A stretch of 64,000 nt of DNA from Carcharhinus longimanus (Eukaryota). Position 1 is the stretch's first letter. Every line of letters starts with the position of its first letter. A program made the position numbers and the translations under genes. Where the stretch lies: assembly GCA_030264375.1 (NCBI GenBank), contig JASCQW010000001.1, positions 99,368,260 through 99,432,259 on the forward strand. Reading direction: 5' to 3'. This document shows, piece after piece, positions 51,190-64,000 of this stretch. Below the pieces are notes generated by a model. It worked only from the letters and a program-made list of their open reading frames with translations. It did not search any database and had not been told where the DNA came from.

Positions 51190-51504
51190 CAAGGTGGCAC
51201 AGTGGTTAGCACTGCTGCCTCACAGCACCAGGGACCTGGGTTCAATTCCAGCCTGAGGTCACTGTCTGTGTGGAGTTTGCACATTCTCCCCGTGTTTGCA
51301 CGGGTTTTCTGCAAGTGCTCCAGTTTCCTTCCACAGTCCAAAGATGTGTGTATTAGGTGTATTGGCCATTCTAAATTGACCCTAGTGTCAGGGAGATTAA
51401 CAGGGTAAATATGTGGGGTTAATGGAATAGAGCCAGGGTGGGATTGTGGTCAGTGCAGACTCCATGGGCCAAAAGACCTCCTTCTGCACAGTAGAGATTC
51501 TATG
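51190..51504 (+). mobile_element. HE1-like SINE, CR1-type tail
   Basis: ggtggcacagtggttagcactgctgcctcacagc..cctccttctgcacagtagagattctatg. Confidence 0.9.
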
Positions 51505-51711
51505 GGATGTCTTGTTCCACTATCTGTGATGATAATCTATTTCATAGTCTAACAACCCTTTCAGTAATTTCTTCCGCACTTCTTACTCCCTTTGTTATTC
51601 TAAATTGTAAATGTGCCCCTAATGCCATTGTTATGATCTCAGTGGAGACAAGGAACTTCTAAAAATAAATGAGAACTACCAATTATTAATTGGCCAAACG
51701 TAAACCTGTTG

Positions 51712-52378
51712 AGGGGGTCACTCCCGGGATGTAAGTGTCAGTATAGTCCCCAGGACAGAGGGCATGCTCCGGCACTGCCCTGGTAATGTCCCTGGCAGTC
51801 CCAGTGCCAACGTGTGACAGGGGTAATGCCATTGGTGGTCCTTAGGGGGAGCCTCATGGATAGGGACTCTTTGTGGCAGGGAGGTGGAGCGGATACTGAG
51901 GAGGATGGGGATTGTGGGGATGATCAGGGCAGGGAGGGAATGGGAATGCCATGGAAGATGGGGGTGTGGAATGGGGATGCCCAGAGTGATCGGGGGTAGG
52001 GAGTGGTGATGCCAGGGATGATTCCGAGGTGGAGTAGAGAATGGAGATACTGGGGATGATGAGGGGGTGATAGGATGCTCGGAATGATCAGGAGGGGGGG
52101 ATGCCAGGGATGATTGGAAGTAGAGGGAGTGGTCCACGAAACCTCTGTGGTGGGAAGGGGGCAGATTTATTGTTCTTTGTGATTGAGGTACCCTTTAAAA
52201 TGGCACCCTGATCTCTGTGGAGAGTCCCTGCCCTGCCAGATGGCACAATCCCCACTTTTTTTTTCAGGTGTTAAAGAATTATGATTTGGAGAGAAAACTA
52301 ATCAGTAGAGCAGAAGAGTTTCACACCGGTTTTCTCACCAGAACTAATACTTTGCCAAATTCTGGTAAGATTGCCTCC
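51712..52378. mobile_element. GC-rich MITE fragment
   Basis: G-rich interior; terminus ggtaagattgcctcc like the 14.0 and 15.0 kb termini. Confidence 0.55.
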
Positions 52379-52679
52379 ATTTGTTTTGAATGTATTGACA
52401 GGTTTTACTTGAGCAATACTGTCACTGGCAGAATTGCCAGGACCTGGGAACAAAATCAGGACTGGAGTAGGAATAGTTTTACTTCACTTTAAAATGACAC
52501 TGGATCCTTGTGCTTTAAACTTTTAAAGATACTTGCAAGATGAGCAGCATCTTAAAGAGGAAAAAAAAAGTTATGATTAGGTATGACCCTTCACCTCCAC
52601 TGGGCGCTTAAGCTTTGTTTCAGTGATATTAATTTACATCTCACCCCTAATAAAACCACTTTGACATAACAATGACTTA

Positions 52680-52860
52680 TACCCTCAGTGCAGGTAATCC
52701 CTAACGACATTCTCCCTACCAAACAGCATTGTGGGTCAACCCCCAGAACATGGACTGCAGCATTTCAAGAAGGCAGCTCACCACCACCTTCTCAAGAGCA
52801 ACTAGGGATGGGCAATAAATGCTGGCCAGCCAGCGATGCCCATGTCCCATGAATGAATAT
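52680..52860 (+). mobile_element. 3' end of the 6040-11680 LINE family
   Basis: ttcaagaaggcagctcaccaccaccttctcaagagcaactagggatgggcaataaatgctggcc. Confidence 0.85.
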
Positions 52861-54089
52861 AATTTTAAAAATCCCCTACCTGCCTCTAGGATAGGGAGCA
52901 TAGAAGCAGAATCGTGTTGCCTTGTGATCTTGGAATCCTTTGCCCTTCAGTATTACTGATGGTGAGGGCCATGAAAAGTTTCATTGCACAAATGAACATG
53001 CTAAATCTAAGCTTAGATCTCATCACCCCTGCCACACAAAAAAGTCAATTCCCGTAAAATCAGATTGAATCCTTTGTAACCAATTCTGTTGTCATATTCA
53101 AAATAGCTGTTGTCCTTCCAAGAGAAATCATTCCTGGTTTGAAAGGAAGAAATACAATAGACTCCTAAAATGCCAGAAAATGCAACAAGTAATATAAAAA
53201 TTGAAATTTCCTTTGGGGCATGGGGCCTGCCTCAGATTTTGCTAGAAAAATAAATCTCATGCCTCAGTACTCACATCCCTGTTTAATCATTTTGAAATAT
53301 AGCACTGCTGAAACTGTCTCTCTTGTGTGTGTGTGCCCCTGTAATAAGAGTGATCAGATGTTTGGTACACCTGCAGCTTAAGTTATAACCAATTTACGCT
53401 CCACTGCACTTTCAGCCTAACAATCTTTGTGTGTTAAGGTGAATATTAAGGCTTTTAATTGCAGCTGTGATCGTTTTTACAGCTAATGGTCAGCTTTAGA
53501 AAGCTTTTGTCATCTTGAAGTATTAAAGTGAGCAGCAAAATCCCATAAACACATAGCAAAAAAAAAAGATTTTGCTTCATCTCCTGGCCCACTCCCATTT
53601 TAGTCTAGACTTCATATTAGGCAGTAAGGATTCCTCTTAAAAACAGGGGAAATTTCATCACAGTATAGAATGCAGGTTTCTATGACTGAGATTGGTGGAG
53701 ATTGTTCACTAAACTGTTGTTGAGTGGTTTCAGAAGCAATTGAACTAAATTGCACATCTGGATCTGCCACAGTAATGTCCGCACCAATTATGTTACCACC
53801 ATCAGCAAATTCTTCTGATTGGCTTGGCCCTGGCAAATGAGGGTTCTCACCCGTCTTACTGCCATGAATAGTCAATCTGGATTTCTCATCCCTCCTGAAT
53901 GGTGGTCTGCCAATCAGCTCTCAAAGTGTTTACATGAGGCCTAACCATGAAAGTGATAGGTGTCTTTAGCACATCCCTTGAGCGAGTATTGGCTCAAGTC
54001 ACCACAACTAGACAGCAAAGTCACCTTCATTGACGTTTTGAGATTTGAAATATAACAGGTCAACCTACCCATCATTATTATTGTTTTTT

Positions 54090-54450
54090 TTTCGTTCATT
54101 CATTCATGGGATATGGTTGTCACTGGCTGGCCAACATTTATTGCCCATCCCTAGTTGATCAAGGGCAATTGAAAGTCACCCACATTGCTGTGGCTCTGGA
54201 GTCAAAAGTAGACCAGGTAAGGATAGCAGATTTCTTTCCCTAAAGAACATTAGTGAACCAGATTTCTTTTTCTGATAAATGACAATGTTTTCATGGTCAT
54301 CAATAGATTTTTAATTCTAGATTTTCTTTATTGAATTCAAGTTCCATTACCTACCTTACCATGGTGGGGTTCAAACCTGGGTCCGCAGGACCTTAGCTGA
54401 GTTTCCAGATTAATAGTCTAGCAATAACACCATTAGGCCATTGCCTCCTC
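54090..54450 (-). mobile_element. SINE with tRNA-like head and LINE 3' end, related to 44640-44983
   Basis: Same head, body and tail with a different internal junction. Confidence 0.8.
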
Positions 54451-56114
54451 TTGTATTGCCTCGATTTACTATCCTATTGAAGAATAAGTGTAACAGATAA
54501 GCAATGGTGAAGGGAGGAGTTATTGTGCAGAATGTTATATTTCCACTAGTGAACTGTTACTTCTGGCAGTCTTGATTTCAATGTTGGTGCTGCAGTGAAT
54601 GAGTCACTACAACTTTCTCAAGTGGCTAATCATTATCCAAAGCCCTCCCCCTTCACAAACACTCAGCCATGTTTTCTGTCTCCAGAGATCTAATGCCAGA
54701 AATAAAGAGTGGGGATATGATTTTCAACTTGTTAATGCAAAAGCACAGTTTTTGCTACCTGCGTCATGAACCGGGGGCAAATACCAAAGTCGCTGAAGCC
54801 AAACAAAACTGCTACAATTTGAAGTGGTTTTCACACCTCACAGTCAAGGTGGAGAATATCAGCAAAGGGAACTGTGTGCACCCATTCTTCCTGTGAAAAT
54901 TGTATGAAATATGTAAAAACAATGCAGTTACCCTTGAGGAGAAGCTGTGTTATTTAAATACCGCATTTTCCCTTGCCAGTGAGAGACAAACATTTTACTG
55001 TTGCTTTGTTTTAAACTTAAAATCTTAATCCACCATAGATCCCTAAACCCTGAAGGAAAGTTATACGTTATTGTGTTGTGTCAGGATAGAATTGATTAAT
55101 AATCCTGACAATAAATTGTATTTTATTATTTAGAGTTTAATATTTTAGGGTAATGGGTAGTAGTGAATCAGATATATGCTATATACCCCACCCATTGTCC
55201 ATCAAAGTCACTGCAAAGAAAAATTGAACAGGAAATATAATAAGCAACAAATCCATTATTGCCTGTTTGGACCCTCACTCAACTTGAATTTATACCCTTG
55301 ATATTTCCCTTTATGCTCAACTTTTGACCCTTTTGTAAACACATTTACAGTTACAACAGTTCTATGAATTTGGTTAAAGAAAATCTTAGACGAAAATATT
55401 GGTTTGTTGTTTCTGAAACAAAACCTACACCTGTTGCAAATTCATTAGAATTTCTTTATTTAATTCTTGGCCGTGGACCTTTGCACTATCTTCCCCGTGC
55501 AGTGTTTTACTCAAAATCAAATCCAAATCAGAACAAAGCTAGCCGCTTGATTAATACTCCATCCATTGGCTTAACCATCTATATCACTCTGAGCACCAAG
55601 ACTCAGTTTGTACCATCCACAGGGTGTACTTACAGGATTTCTTTTGCAGTATCTCCTTAACCCATCATCTCCAATACCTGGGAGAACAAGGGGTGTATGG
55701 GAACACCTGGGATAAAGGACTTATAAAGAAAAGTTGAACAAATCGCACCTAAGCCCATTGGAGTTTAGTAGAATGAGAAGCGAGCTTATTGAAACATTCA
55801 AATCCTGAGGGGATTTATGGGTGGACACTGGAAAGTTGTTTCCTCTTGTGGGGTGTCAATGTTTGGAATGCAGGTCCCTTTAAGCATAAACCATGATTAG
55901 CTTCACAGTGAATTGAGAGCAGGTGGTGCTCATTGAAGCTTATATTTAAGTGTTGCATTTCGCCTCACTGGGGTTGTTTCAGGACAGGTAGAGTGAACTG
56001 AATCCTTAGCGTCTCTTCTTCTGCCTAATCTGGAAAATGTATTTCACTTATTTAATATGGGGGAGACTAGAACTAGGGGATACTGTTTAAAAATAAGAGG
56101 TCTCTCTTTTAAGA

Positions 56115-56271
56115 CACAGTAAGAAGTCTCACAACACCAGATCACTTACCTGATGAAGGGGGTGCTCTGAAAGCTCGTGCTAAGAAATAAACCCGTTGGA
56201 CTTTAACCTGGTGTTGTAAGACTTCTTACTGTGCCTACCCCCCAGTGCTGGCATCGCCACATCATGGCTAC
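56115..56271 (+). mobile_element. Penelope-derived mini-element with hammerhead core, inserted in a CR1 fragment
   Basis: CTTTTAAGA duplicated at 56106-56114 and 56272-56280; CTGATGA at 56150-56156 ... GAAAGCTCGTG; short inverted terminal arm. Confidence 0.8.
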
Positions 56272-58519
56272 CTTTTAAGATAAAATTAGGTGAATTATTT
56301 TCTCTGATTACGTTGGTTCCTGAAAATGATTAACTACCACTTTGGGAAGGAATGGAAGATGCATGTCAACCTTCTCACTGATGTCGCAAGCATGAAAACA
56401 AGTAAATCTGTTAAACTTCCTCTGCTGAGTTTGTGGTCACAATTGTTCTCAGCATCCCTGGGCCTGGAGGGGAAAACAGTCAAGTTTCTAGTTCCTAATT
56501 GCTGTTGATTTTGGGGGGCACTCACTAATCCAGACATCAGGAGATTATCTGGAATTTCACTGCTAGCGCTCACTGCCTTACACATGAAGAATGGTTATTT
56601 CGGCAAGGTAACAGAATGCTGACACCTCGTGTGAATCTATACTCAACTAGGGAGCAGTGCCTCAGGAGTGAAAATAAGAAACTTGAGAGAGTGGTAAAGG
56701 AAAAAGCAACAACATTAGCAACTATTGCAGTACATGTCAGGTTCAATGATGTAAGGAAACAAAACATAAAGGTCATGTGGAAAAAAAACTTCCAGATATT
56801 AAGTCATACATTAGAAGAAAAAGATGATTTTCAATTGCTGTCTATTTACTTCTTACCTGAAGAATTGACATCCAGTAGTTAAAAACCAGGGGTAATTGAG
56901 GGTGGGGTGGTTGATGGAACACATGGTTTATCTGACACAATTTTCAGGCCAGGCTACGACTGTGCAAACAACACTGATTAAATATGTAAACTAGGTTCCT
57001 ACACCAGCACTGGATCACACTTTCAATTTGGAAGGAATACAAGTGCCAGGGTGCTGTGGGAGAATAGACCATTGCTAATAGGCATTGAGTCAATTGGGTA
57101 AATCCCAATATTCCTATTGTTTTTCATCCACTTGCCACCACTGGGATGATTACAATCTACCACAAAACAAACCATGTAGAGCCCGAGGTTTCTCTTTTTA
57201 TTAAATTGAGAAAATTGTTGTCTTTTTCCATAATTAATACCTTAGAGTAAAATTATAGGAATCCACAACATTGAACCCTGCAATTAGAAAATGTGATGTG
57301 GTTGGAAGTTGCTAATATTAAATTCTTACTATTTTTCCACGTTAAAGGTGCTCTACAAATGCAAGTTGTTGATTTTAAATTATGGAAAAAAAAGGACTTG
57401 CCTATTTTTCATGTAAAAGGGGGAATTTTCCTCCTAGCACACCACAACTTTCAGATTCCATTCATTTATTAAACTGAATAAAGTTGGGCTACACAAGCAT
57501 TGGGTGCTGATTTTTACCACACCAGTTTTCATTCTCTGTTAACATGGAAAATGTTGCCAAGATTTTCAAATTTCAAACTCAGGAAAAGTGACAATGAGGG
57601 CAGGAATTGAGGCTCTGGAGAGGGTTTGAACTATTGTTCCATGAACTTCAGTAGAAAGAAAATCACGCAGGGAGAAAAGCTAGTATTTTACAGCAAGCCT
57701 CTTTCATGTTGCTGCCTTAGAACAATTCCTACCCAACTTCCCAAATTTTTACCATTAGATTAGATCGAGAGAGGAATCCTCACCAAAACAAGTCACCCCA
57801 TGCTGTTCATTCCCTGTCCATGACATCCTATTTTTAAACCCATCTGGAAATGTGAGAAAAATTAAATAATCTCAAAATCATTCACTTTACTCACAAATGT
57901 ACTCTAAATTCCTTTTTTAATAGAAAAACATTAAAAATGACAGATTTCAGTTTAGGAACAAGGAATAGATAGAAATTTTGGAAATGTTTCATAATTACAA
58001 AGTATAAAATGAACGAAATTGTCATTTTCACCATAGGATTACTTAGGCTCTGCGCTTCTCAATTATTCATTGTGCTATGTCAATCAATCTGCTGATTTAC
58101 ATCTTTGATAAGTGCACAGCAGAGCTGTTTCAAATGTTCCCTGTTATAAGGTTGGACTTCCTATTCCAAGTGTTACAAGCCAAGTCCCAGGTGGCTCAGC
58201 CTCATTTCCTTCGGAATTGACTTTGGTCTGATTGAGATCAGAAAAACAGCGGCGCCATCTGAAATTTTAACACCACTGTGGAAGAGGATCTGTGGGCGTC
58301 TGGAGCCACTTCATTTCTTAGTTTTCCTCTCAGTTCCCAGTATTTTAAAGAAGTGAAAATACGTGTGAAATAATAAAAAAGTTTTTGTTTGTAAAAAAGT
58401 CAAATATATATGAGAACAGTACTAATAATTACTAACTGGTTGTGTTTTCTAACCGGTGAGGTGGTGTGTACTAATTTTAGTTATACAGTATCAGTGTTTT
58501 ATTGTTGCAGTTATCCTAT

Positions 58520-58829
58520 TCATAGAATCACTACAGTACAGAAAGGGGCCATTCGGTCCATCGAGTCTGTACCGATCAAAATCCACTCCGATTTCTGCAA
58601 CCCCATACATTTACCCTGCTAATCCCCCTGACACTAGGATCGATTAAGCATGGCCAATAAACTTAACGCACATCCTCATGGGAGGAAACCAGAGCATCCA
58701 GAGGAAACACACACAGACGTGGGGAGAAAATGCAAACTCCGCACAGACAGTGACCTGAGGTCAGAATTGAACCTGGATCCTTGGTGCTGTGAGGCAGCAG
58801 TGCTACCTACTGTGCCATCATACCGCCCA
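58520..58829 (-). mobile_element. HE1-like SINE, CR1-type tail
   Basis: Head, core and tail on the minus strand. Confidence 0.9.
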
Positions 58830-60994
58830 TATTGAGATGGTGACATACTTTTATCTGATATGAACAAAAACATTGAACTGTCCTGTTACTCATTCCATCA
58901 AAAACCTGTGTGTTTTCACTTAAATTCATGGGCAAGACCCAATTAACTGCAATTACTGACAAAATGTCTCCCGTTTGTGGGACAGACAACTATTTCTAAC
59001 ATTACCCATATGGCTTATTTTTTTCTAAATAATGTTTTTATTGAGAATTTTCAGCTTTATATTCAGTACAATATGCAATAAATTCGTGGGATTCAGAACA
59101 GAACAATTGTTATTTCACACATATATATTTAGGGAAGACCAGCAAAGATCAATATCAATAATTCCAATAATTAAACATCACAATCTCCGCCATTACGGTC
59201 AGCACCTCCTCCTATACAGATATTCGTAGGCCAACAGAAAAAGAGTGTGTGGAGTCAGGACAGCAGGATGAAAATATGGCACTATGGTGCACCTTCTTTC
59301 AAAGTGCAAGAAAATAGAAACTTGAACCTCAAAGACCTATCAACCGTACTAGGGCATGCATCACCATACCCTCCCCCACACTCCCAACAACCACAAGCAC
59401 CAATGGCAAGAGAAAGAAGTCCAGTCACTTCAGAATAATTTGTCTGCCTGCACCACTTTAAGATAAGCACAGGATTTCTTAGATGCAGAATAACTAACAA
59501 AAAACAAAGAAAAACACAGCACCATTAATGGGGTCTTAAAATGGGGACTTAAGGCCATACTAGCCACCTTTACATTTATCCATCAACCCACCACCCTGCT
59601 GTGGCACTACTTGTTTTTTAATACTAAACTGAAGGGTACTGCAAAAGAACGTACTTCTTTTGTGTAAATGAAAGGATTGCAGCACATAAAAAAGACGAAA
59701 CGTATTGTATGACCCCCCAGGTCACACAACCTACTTGGAGCACTCCTGACAAAAAAAATAAAGAAGAGGGGCCCCCCGATCAGAGAACCAAGCCCCCCAC
59801 CACCAGAGCACATTGGCGGTAGAGCCATCAGCAAAGACACAAGTGACAACATCACATAATCAGGGGAACAAAGTTCAGGATTAACCATGAAGCACAGGAC
59901 CACAAGCAATCCATGGAGCCAGAGGAGGCTGAAGTCACAACTGGATTTCTGAGGGCTCAAGGTACCCAGCTCTCAAATTGAGACCTCAGAAGCTTGGCAG
60001 CCAGCTCTCAAATCAGTCGGGAATCTCACTGCAGCTCCTCCACTTTCTGGGGGGACTAGCATACGGGCAATCCTTGTCCATCCATGTCCCCTCAACCTAA
60101 ATAGGATATTCCACACACCATGCCATGCAGCAGGATTTCCAAAGATCAAAGGTGATCTTTCACTGAGGAAACTTCCCCCTCGTCTGAAAGAATTATAATT
60201 TCCATCCCATTCATTCTTCCTGGGATATCTCACAGTTTGTCATGTTTTGCTAGGTGCAGAATATGTCTTCCACATTTCCATTCATAAAAGCAATCTTCAT
60301 CTTGACATCAACAGCTTCACCCGAGCATAGCGTCTGCTCACCAGCTACATTGCCGCTGTGAACTGGGCCCCATCCACTTCAGCTCCAACCACAGCATGCA
60401 AACAAGGATTTCTTCAACTTAATTCAGCTCCCTACAGTCAAAAAAGTTAACCAGGATCTTCCACAAACATTGCACAGAGTTTAGATATAGATATGTATAT
60501 ATATTAGGATCAACTAATTACAGGTTGTGCATCAGGATAAAAGAAAAGATTAAAAGATGAATAGTGCCAGATTGCTCAAGAACACAGCCACGTTCACATA
60601 ATGCAAACCTCCCTTCATAGATCATTTTTAAACTTGAGGTTAACTCACACCAGTCACAAAATGCTAAACGGATATTGTTTTGGCCATCGTTGTGTTGTGA
60701 TTTTTGCATTGCTGCTATGCAAGCTGTGCAACACGCTTTCAAATACAACACCTCTACTCTGACATATCTATCTATATTTACCACTAGGCTTATGGTCACA
60801 CTGTCCTACAATTGAGAAGCAGGGTGAATTTGGGCTTTGAAATGCAGAAAGATGCACATTGTGGAGTTGCATAGGTCTGTCTTCTCATTTTTCTGAACTC
60901 TATCCCCAAGCTATGGTTCTAGTGCTAGCAGGTACCTCTATTCATCGCAAGCCCACTCTAGAACTTGTCTGGTTTTTTAAAGTTCTATCAATTA

Positions 60995-61256
60995 TGGGGC
61001 AACATGGTAGTACAGTGATTAACACTGCCACTTCACAGCGCCAGGGACCCAGTTCAATTCCCGGCTTGGGTCACTGTCTGTGCGGAGTTTGCATGTCTTC
61101 CCTGTGTCTGCATGGGTTTCCTCCCATAATCTGAAAGACTCGCTGGTTAGGTGCGTTGACCCGAACAAGTGCTTGAATGTGGTGACTCGGAGAATTTCAC
61201 AGTAATTTCATTGCAGTGTTAATGTAAACCTTAGTTGCAACTAATAAATAAACTTT
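60995..61256 (+). mobile_element. HE1-like SINE, tail type A
   Basis: Head ggggcaacatggtagtacagtg; tail ttcacagtaatttcattgcagtgttaatgtaa..taataaataaac. Confidence 0.9.
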
Positions 61257-61374
61257 AATAATTACTGTTTCCATGAGAAAACTGAAGGTATTATTAGGTA
61301 GTGTTCAAAAATACTGTGGGAAACCAGTAGTTTTCCACATTCCAACATGCCCACATTCTCCACTTTGATTTTTA

Positions 61375-61712
61375 GGCAGCACGGTGGCACAGTGGTTATC
61401 ACTGCTGTCTCACAGCCCCAGGATCCCAGATATAATTCCAGCTTGGGTCACTGTCTGTGTGAAGTTTGCACAGTCTTTCTGTGTCTGAATGGGTTTCTTC
61501 CGAATGATCCGGTATCTTCCCGCAGCCCAAAGATGTGGAGGTTATGCTGATTAGTCGTGCTAAATTGCCCGTTAGTGCCATGGAATGCGTAGGTTAGAGG
61601 GATTTGTAAGATAAATATGTGGGGTTACGAGGAGAGGGCCTAAGTGGGATTGTTGTCGGTGCAGACTCAATGGGCCGAATGACCTTTTTCTGCACTGTGG
61701 GGATTCTGTGAT
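61375..61712 (+). mobile_element. HE1-like SINE, CR1-type tail
   Basis: ggcagcacggtggcacagtgg..gggccgaatgacc..ctgcactgtgggattctgtg. Confidence 0.9.
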
Positions 61713-62656
61713 TTAATGATACCAGGTTNNNNNNNNNNNNNNNNNNNNNNNNNNNNNNNNNNNNNNNNNNNNNNNNNNNNNNNNNNNNNNNNNNNNNNNN
61801 NNNNNNNNNNNNNNNNNNNNNNNNNNNNAATGACCTTTTTCTGCACTGTGGGGATTCTGTGATTTAATGATACCAGGTTATGCTATTAAATCAGTTCGCA
61901 GCTAAAAATTTGATTTAGCTTTTGCTAAATAAATGTAGATAAACCTTAGCATTACATGGCGGTTGGGACCAGCAAGGCAGCCCTTATCAGCACTTCAGCA
62001 ATATCATTGAGGTTTGAGTTCCTTTGCTAGGTCTGCTGCAGCTTCTCCCAGGAGCACAAGAACAGTTCGTGATAGTGAAAGGTTTGTAATAACACAGTTT
62101 GTTATATTTAGGTTGCACTGTAAAGTCTCACAGCATTTGTAAGACTGTGTGCATGTACCTGGGGATTAGTGATATTCCTATCAAATTTAGTGAGCCTGTC
62201 AATGACACTGAGCAATCAGATTAGATTAGATCATCCTGTGTCACAGAACACTGCCTGATACCTCCTTCTACAGTTTCAAATGTGACCTGACAACTGCTTC
62301 AATAGCACTAAGTGGTTTCAGAACAAAACAAAATTATACTGTGCGATACTGTAAAAGTATTGAAATTGAAAACAAAATTTCTAAAAAAAATGTTGAAATA
62401 ATTACACACCAATATTAATTGCAATGCATTTTATAAGCAGTTGCTTTGGAAGATTTTATGGTCCGGGTGTTATTTCTCTCGCTAATCTTTCTCCAATAGT
62501 TTGCTTCCCTCTTCTCTGCAGGAGACTAACTCAGTTGGGGTCATCTTCATCCATTTGTACACTGCGGAGTGGCCAAAAAGCTCTCCCAGTGCCTAAAGCT
62601 TCTCACAAACAATGTAAAATCAAAAGATTGTCCCCGTTGGCTGCCTGTTGAGGTAT

Positions 62657-62973
62657 CATGGAATCCCTACAGTACAAAAAAAGGCCATTCAGCCCATGGA
62701 GTCTGCACTGACCACAATCCCACCCAGGCCCTAGTCCCACAACCCACACGTTTACCCTGCTAATTCCCCTGACGCTGAGGGAGAATTTAGCATGGCCAAT
62801 CAACCTAACCCACACATCTTTGGACTGTGGGAGGAAACTGGACAACTTGGAGAAAACTCACATAGACATGGTGAGAATGTGTAAACTCCACACAGACATG
62901 ACCCAAGGCTGGAATTGAACCTGGATCTCTGGCACTGTGAGGCAGCAATGCTAACCACTGTGCCACCATGCTG
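62657..62973 (-). mobile_element. HE1-like SINE flanked by a ~120-bp direct duplication
   Basis: Full SINE; flanks 62537-62657 and 62974-63094 are copies of each other. Confidence 0.9.
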
Positions 62974-63942
62974 GGGGTCATCTTCATCCATTTGTACACG
63001 GCGGAGTGGCCAAAATGCTCTCCCAGTGCCCAAACCTTCTTGCTAACAATGTAAAATCAAAAGATGGTTCCCATTGGCTGTCTGTTGTGATATCCATGAT
63101 CACTACTTCATCCAAGTGATTATTATTAATGTGTGGACCTTGACAATGAGTGTGAGACTACATTTAACTTGGTAGTCCTCAGAGGAAAGCTTGAAGCGCT
63201 CCTCATATGATGCCTAAGTATAGCAGTTACAGTAGGGGAGTTAGCAGATATCAATCAGGAAGGTGACATTGATCAACTGCCCCTTCCTAAGGCAGAAGTC
63301 TGCTGGACCAGTACCACTGCCCCTGCCACTAACATAAATGAGAACGGTACTCACAGCTATTCGAATCTGGGACATTCCTGATCTGTAAGCCTCAGTTATT
63401 CAGAGTAAACCCAGCCAACAGAAAAGTCAATAGTGTTGGCTTATGACCAGCATCTACTTTGAAAAGAAATTATGCATCGAATATTATTGGATCCAGACTG
63501 CTGTTTGGACAATGAAAGAGAATCATGAATGTGTGTTTACATCAAAAAAATCGTTGAACTCTACACAGCAGCATTCAATGTAATTATACTTAAGAGTTAA
63601 TATAGTTTGGACTAAAATGTTGATGTAACCACTTTGAGAGTATGAGGATCAAAATGTGTGATTGCCCCCTCCCCAGTCAAGGTTGTGAAGGCAACAGAAA
63701 ATTTTGGGCTTCCTTCATGTCTCCATGATTCCAGCAGCAGCAACCCAGTTGGATATTCAGGTGTAAGCAAGTTGTGCACGAGTTAAAGCTAGCCTACACT
63801 CCCGAATAGCAAGTTGCATTTTTGCTAAAGCAAGTGTTGAAANNNNNNNNNNNNNNNNNNNNNNNNNNNNNNNNNNNNNNNNNNNNNNNNNNNNNNNNNN
63901 NNNNNNNNNNNNNNNNNNNNNNNNNNNNNNNNNNNNNNNNNN

Positions 63943-64000
63943 CAGCCTCCTGTTTCGGCCCCTCTGTTTCCAGCCTCCTGTTTCTCCCCCTCTGTTTCCA
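63943..64000. repeat. 28-bp tandem repeat, at least 2 units, next to a gap
   Basis: cagcctcctgtttcggcccctctgtttc / cagcctcctgtttctccccctctgtttc. Confidence 0.8.

Noticed and set aside
58247-58264. CTCF-like GGCGCCATCTG
   Set aside because: Lacks the conserved 3' (G/C)TGG part of the motif
59200-60480. Possible L1/Tx1 remnant on the minus strand
   Set aside because: Strand-skewed composition only; no convincing protein motif
61678-61878. Identical ~50-bp direct repeat around a 100-N gap
   Set aside because: Unmerged contig overlap

Overview
Vertebrate nuclear DNA, almost certainly from a shark. The SINEs resemble HE1/V-SINE and SacSINE1/Deu-SINE and the LINEs resemble HER1/CR1; family names come from my recall of consensus sequences, not from a search. 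The assembly is a draft with many N gaps, and the window is dominated by interspersed repeats. These include at least 14 HE1-like SINEs with two alternative tails, many CR1 fragments (one young, with a nearly intact RT), two Rex1/Babar LINEs, a nested ~3 kb single-ORF LINE with a tRNA-like 5' head plus its short derivatives, Harbinger-type Myb/SANT remnants, MITEs, probable solo LTRs, and Penelope-derived fold-back elements carrying hammerhead-ribozyme cores. The only gene I can name is a full-length processed rpl36a pseudogene (42.3-42.7 kb). Host-gene evidence is indirect: two phase-compatible minus-strand exons of an unidentified gene (24.4 kb and 17.3 kb, the latter with stop and AATAAA), a CCAAT/TATA promoter at ~33.0 kb with a candidate 63-nt exon at 37.7 kb, and a CpG island at ~48.3 kb. 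There is no prokaryotic-type system and no CRISPR. Repeat boundaries are approximate (tens of bp).
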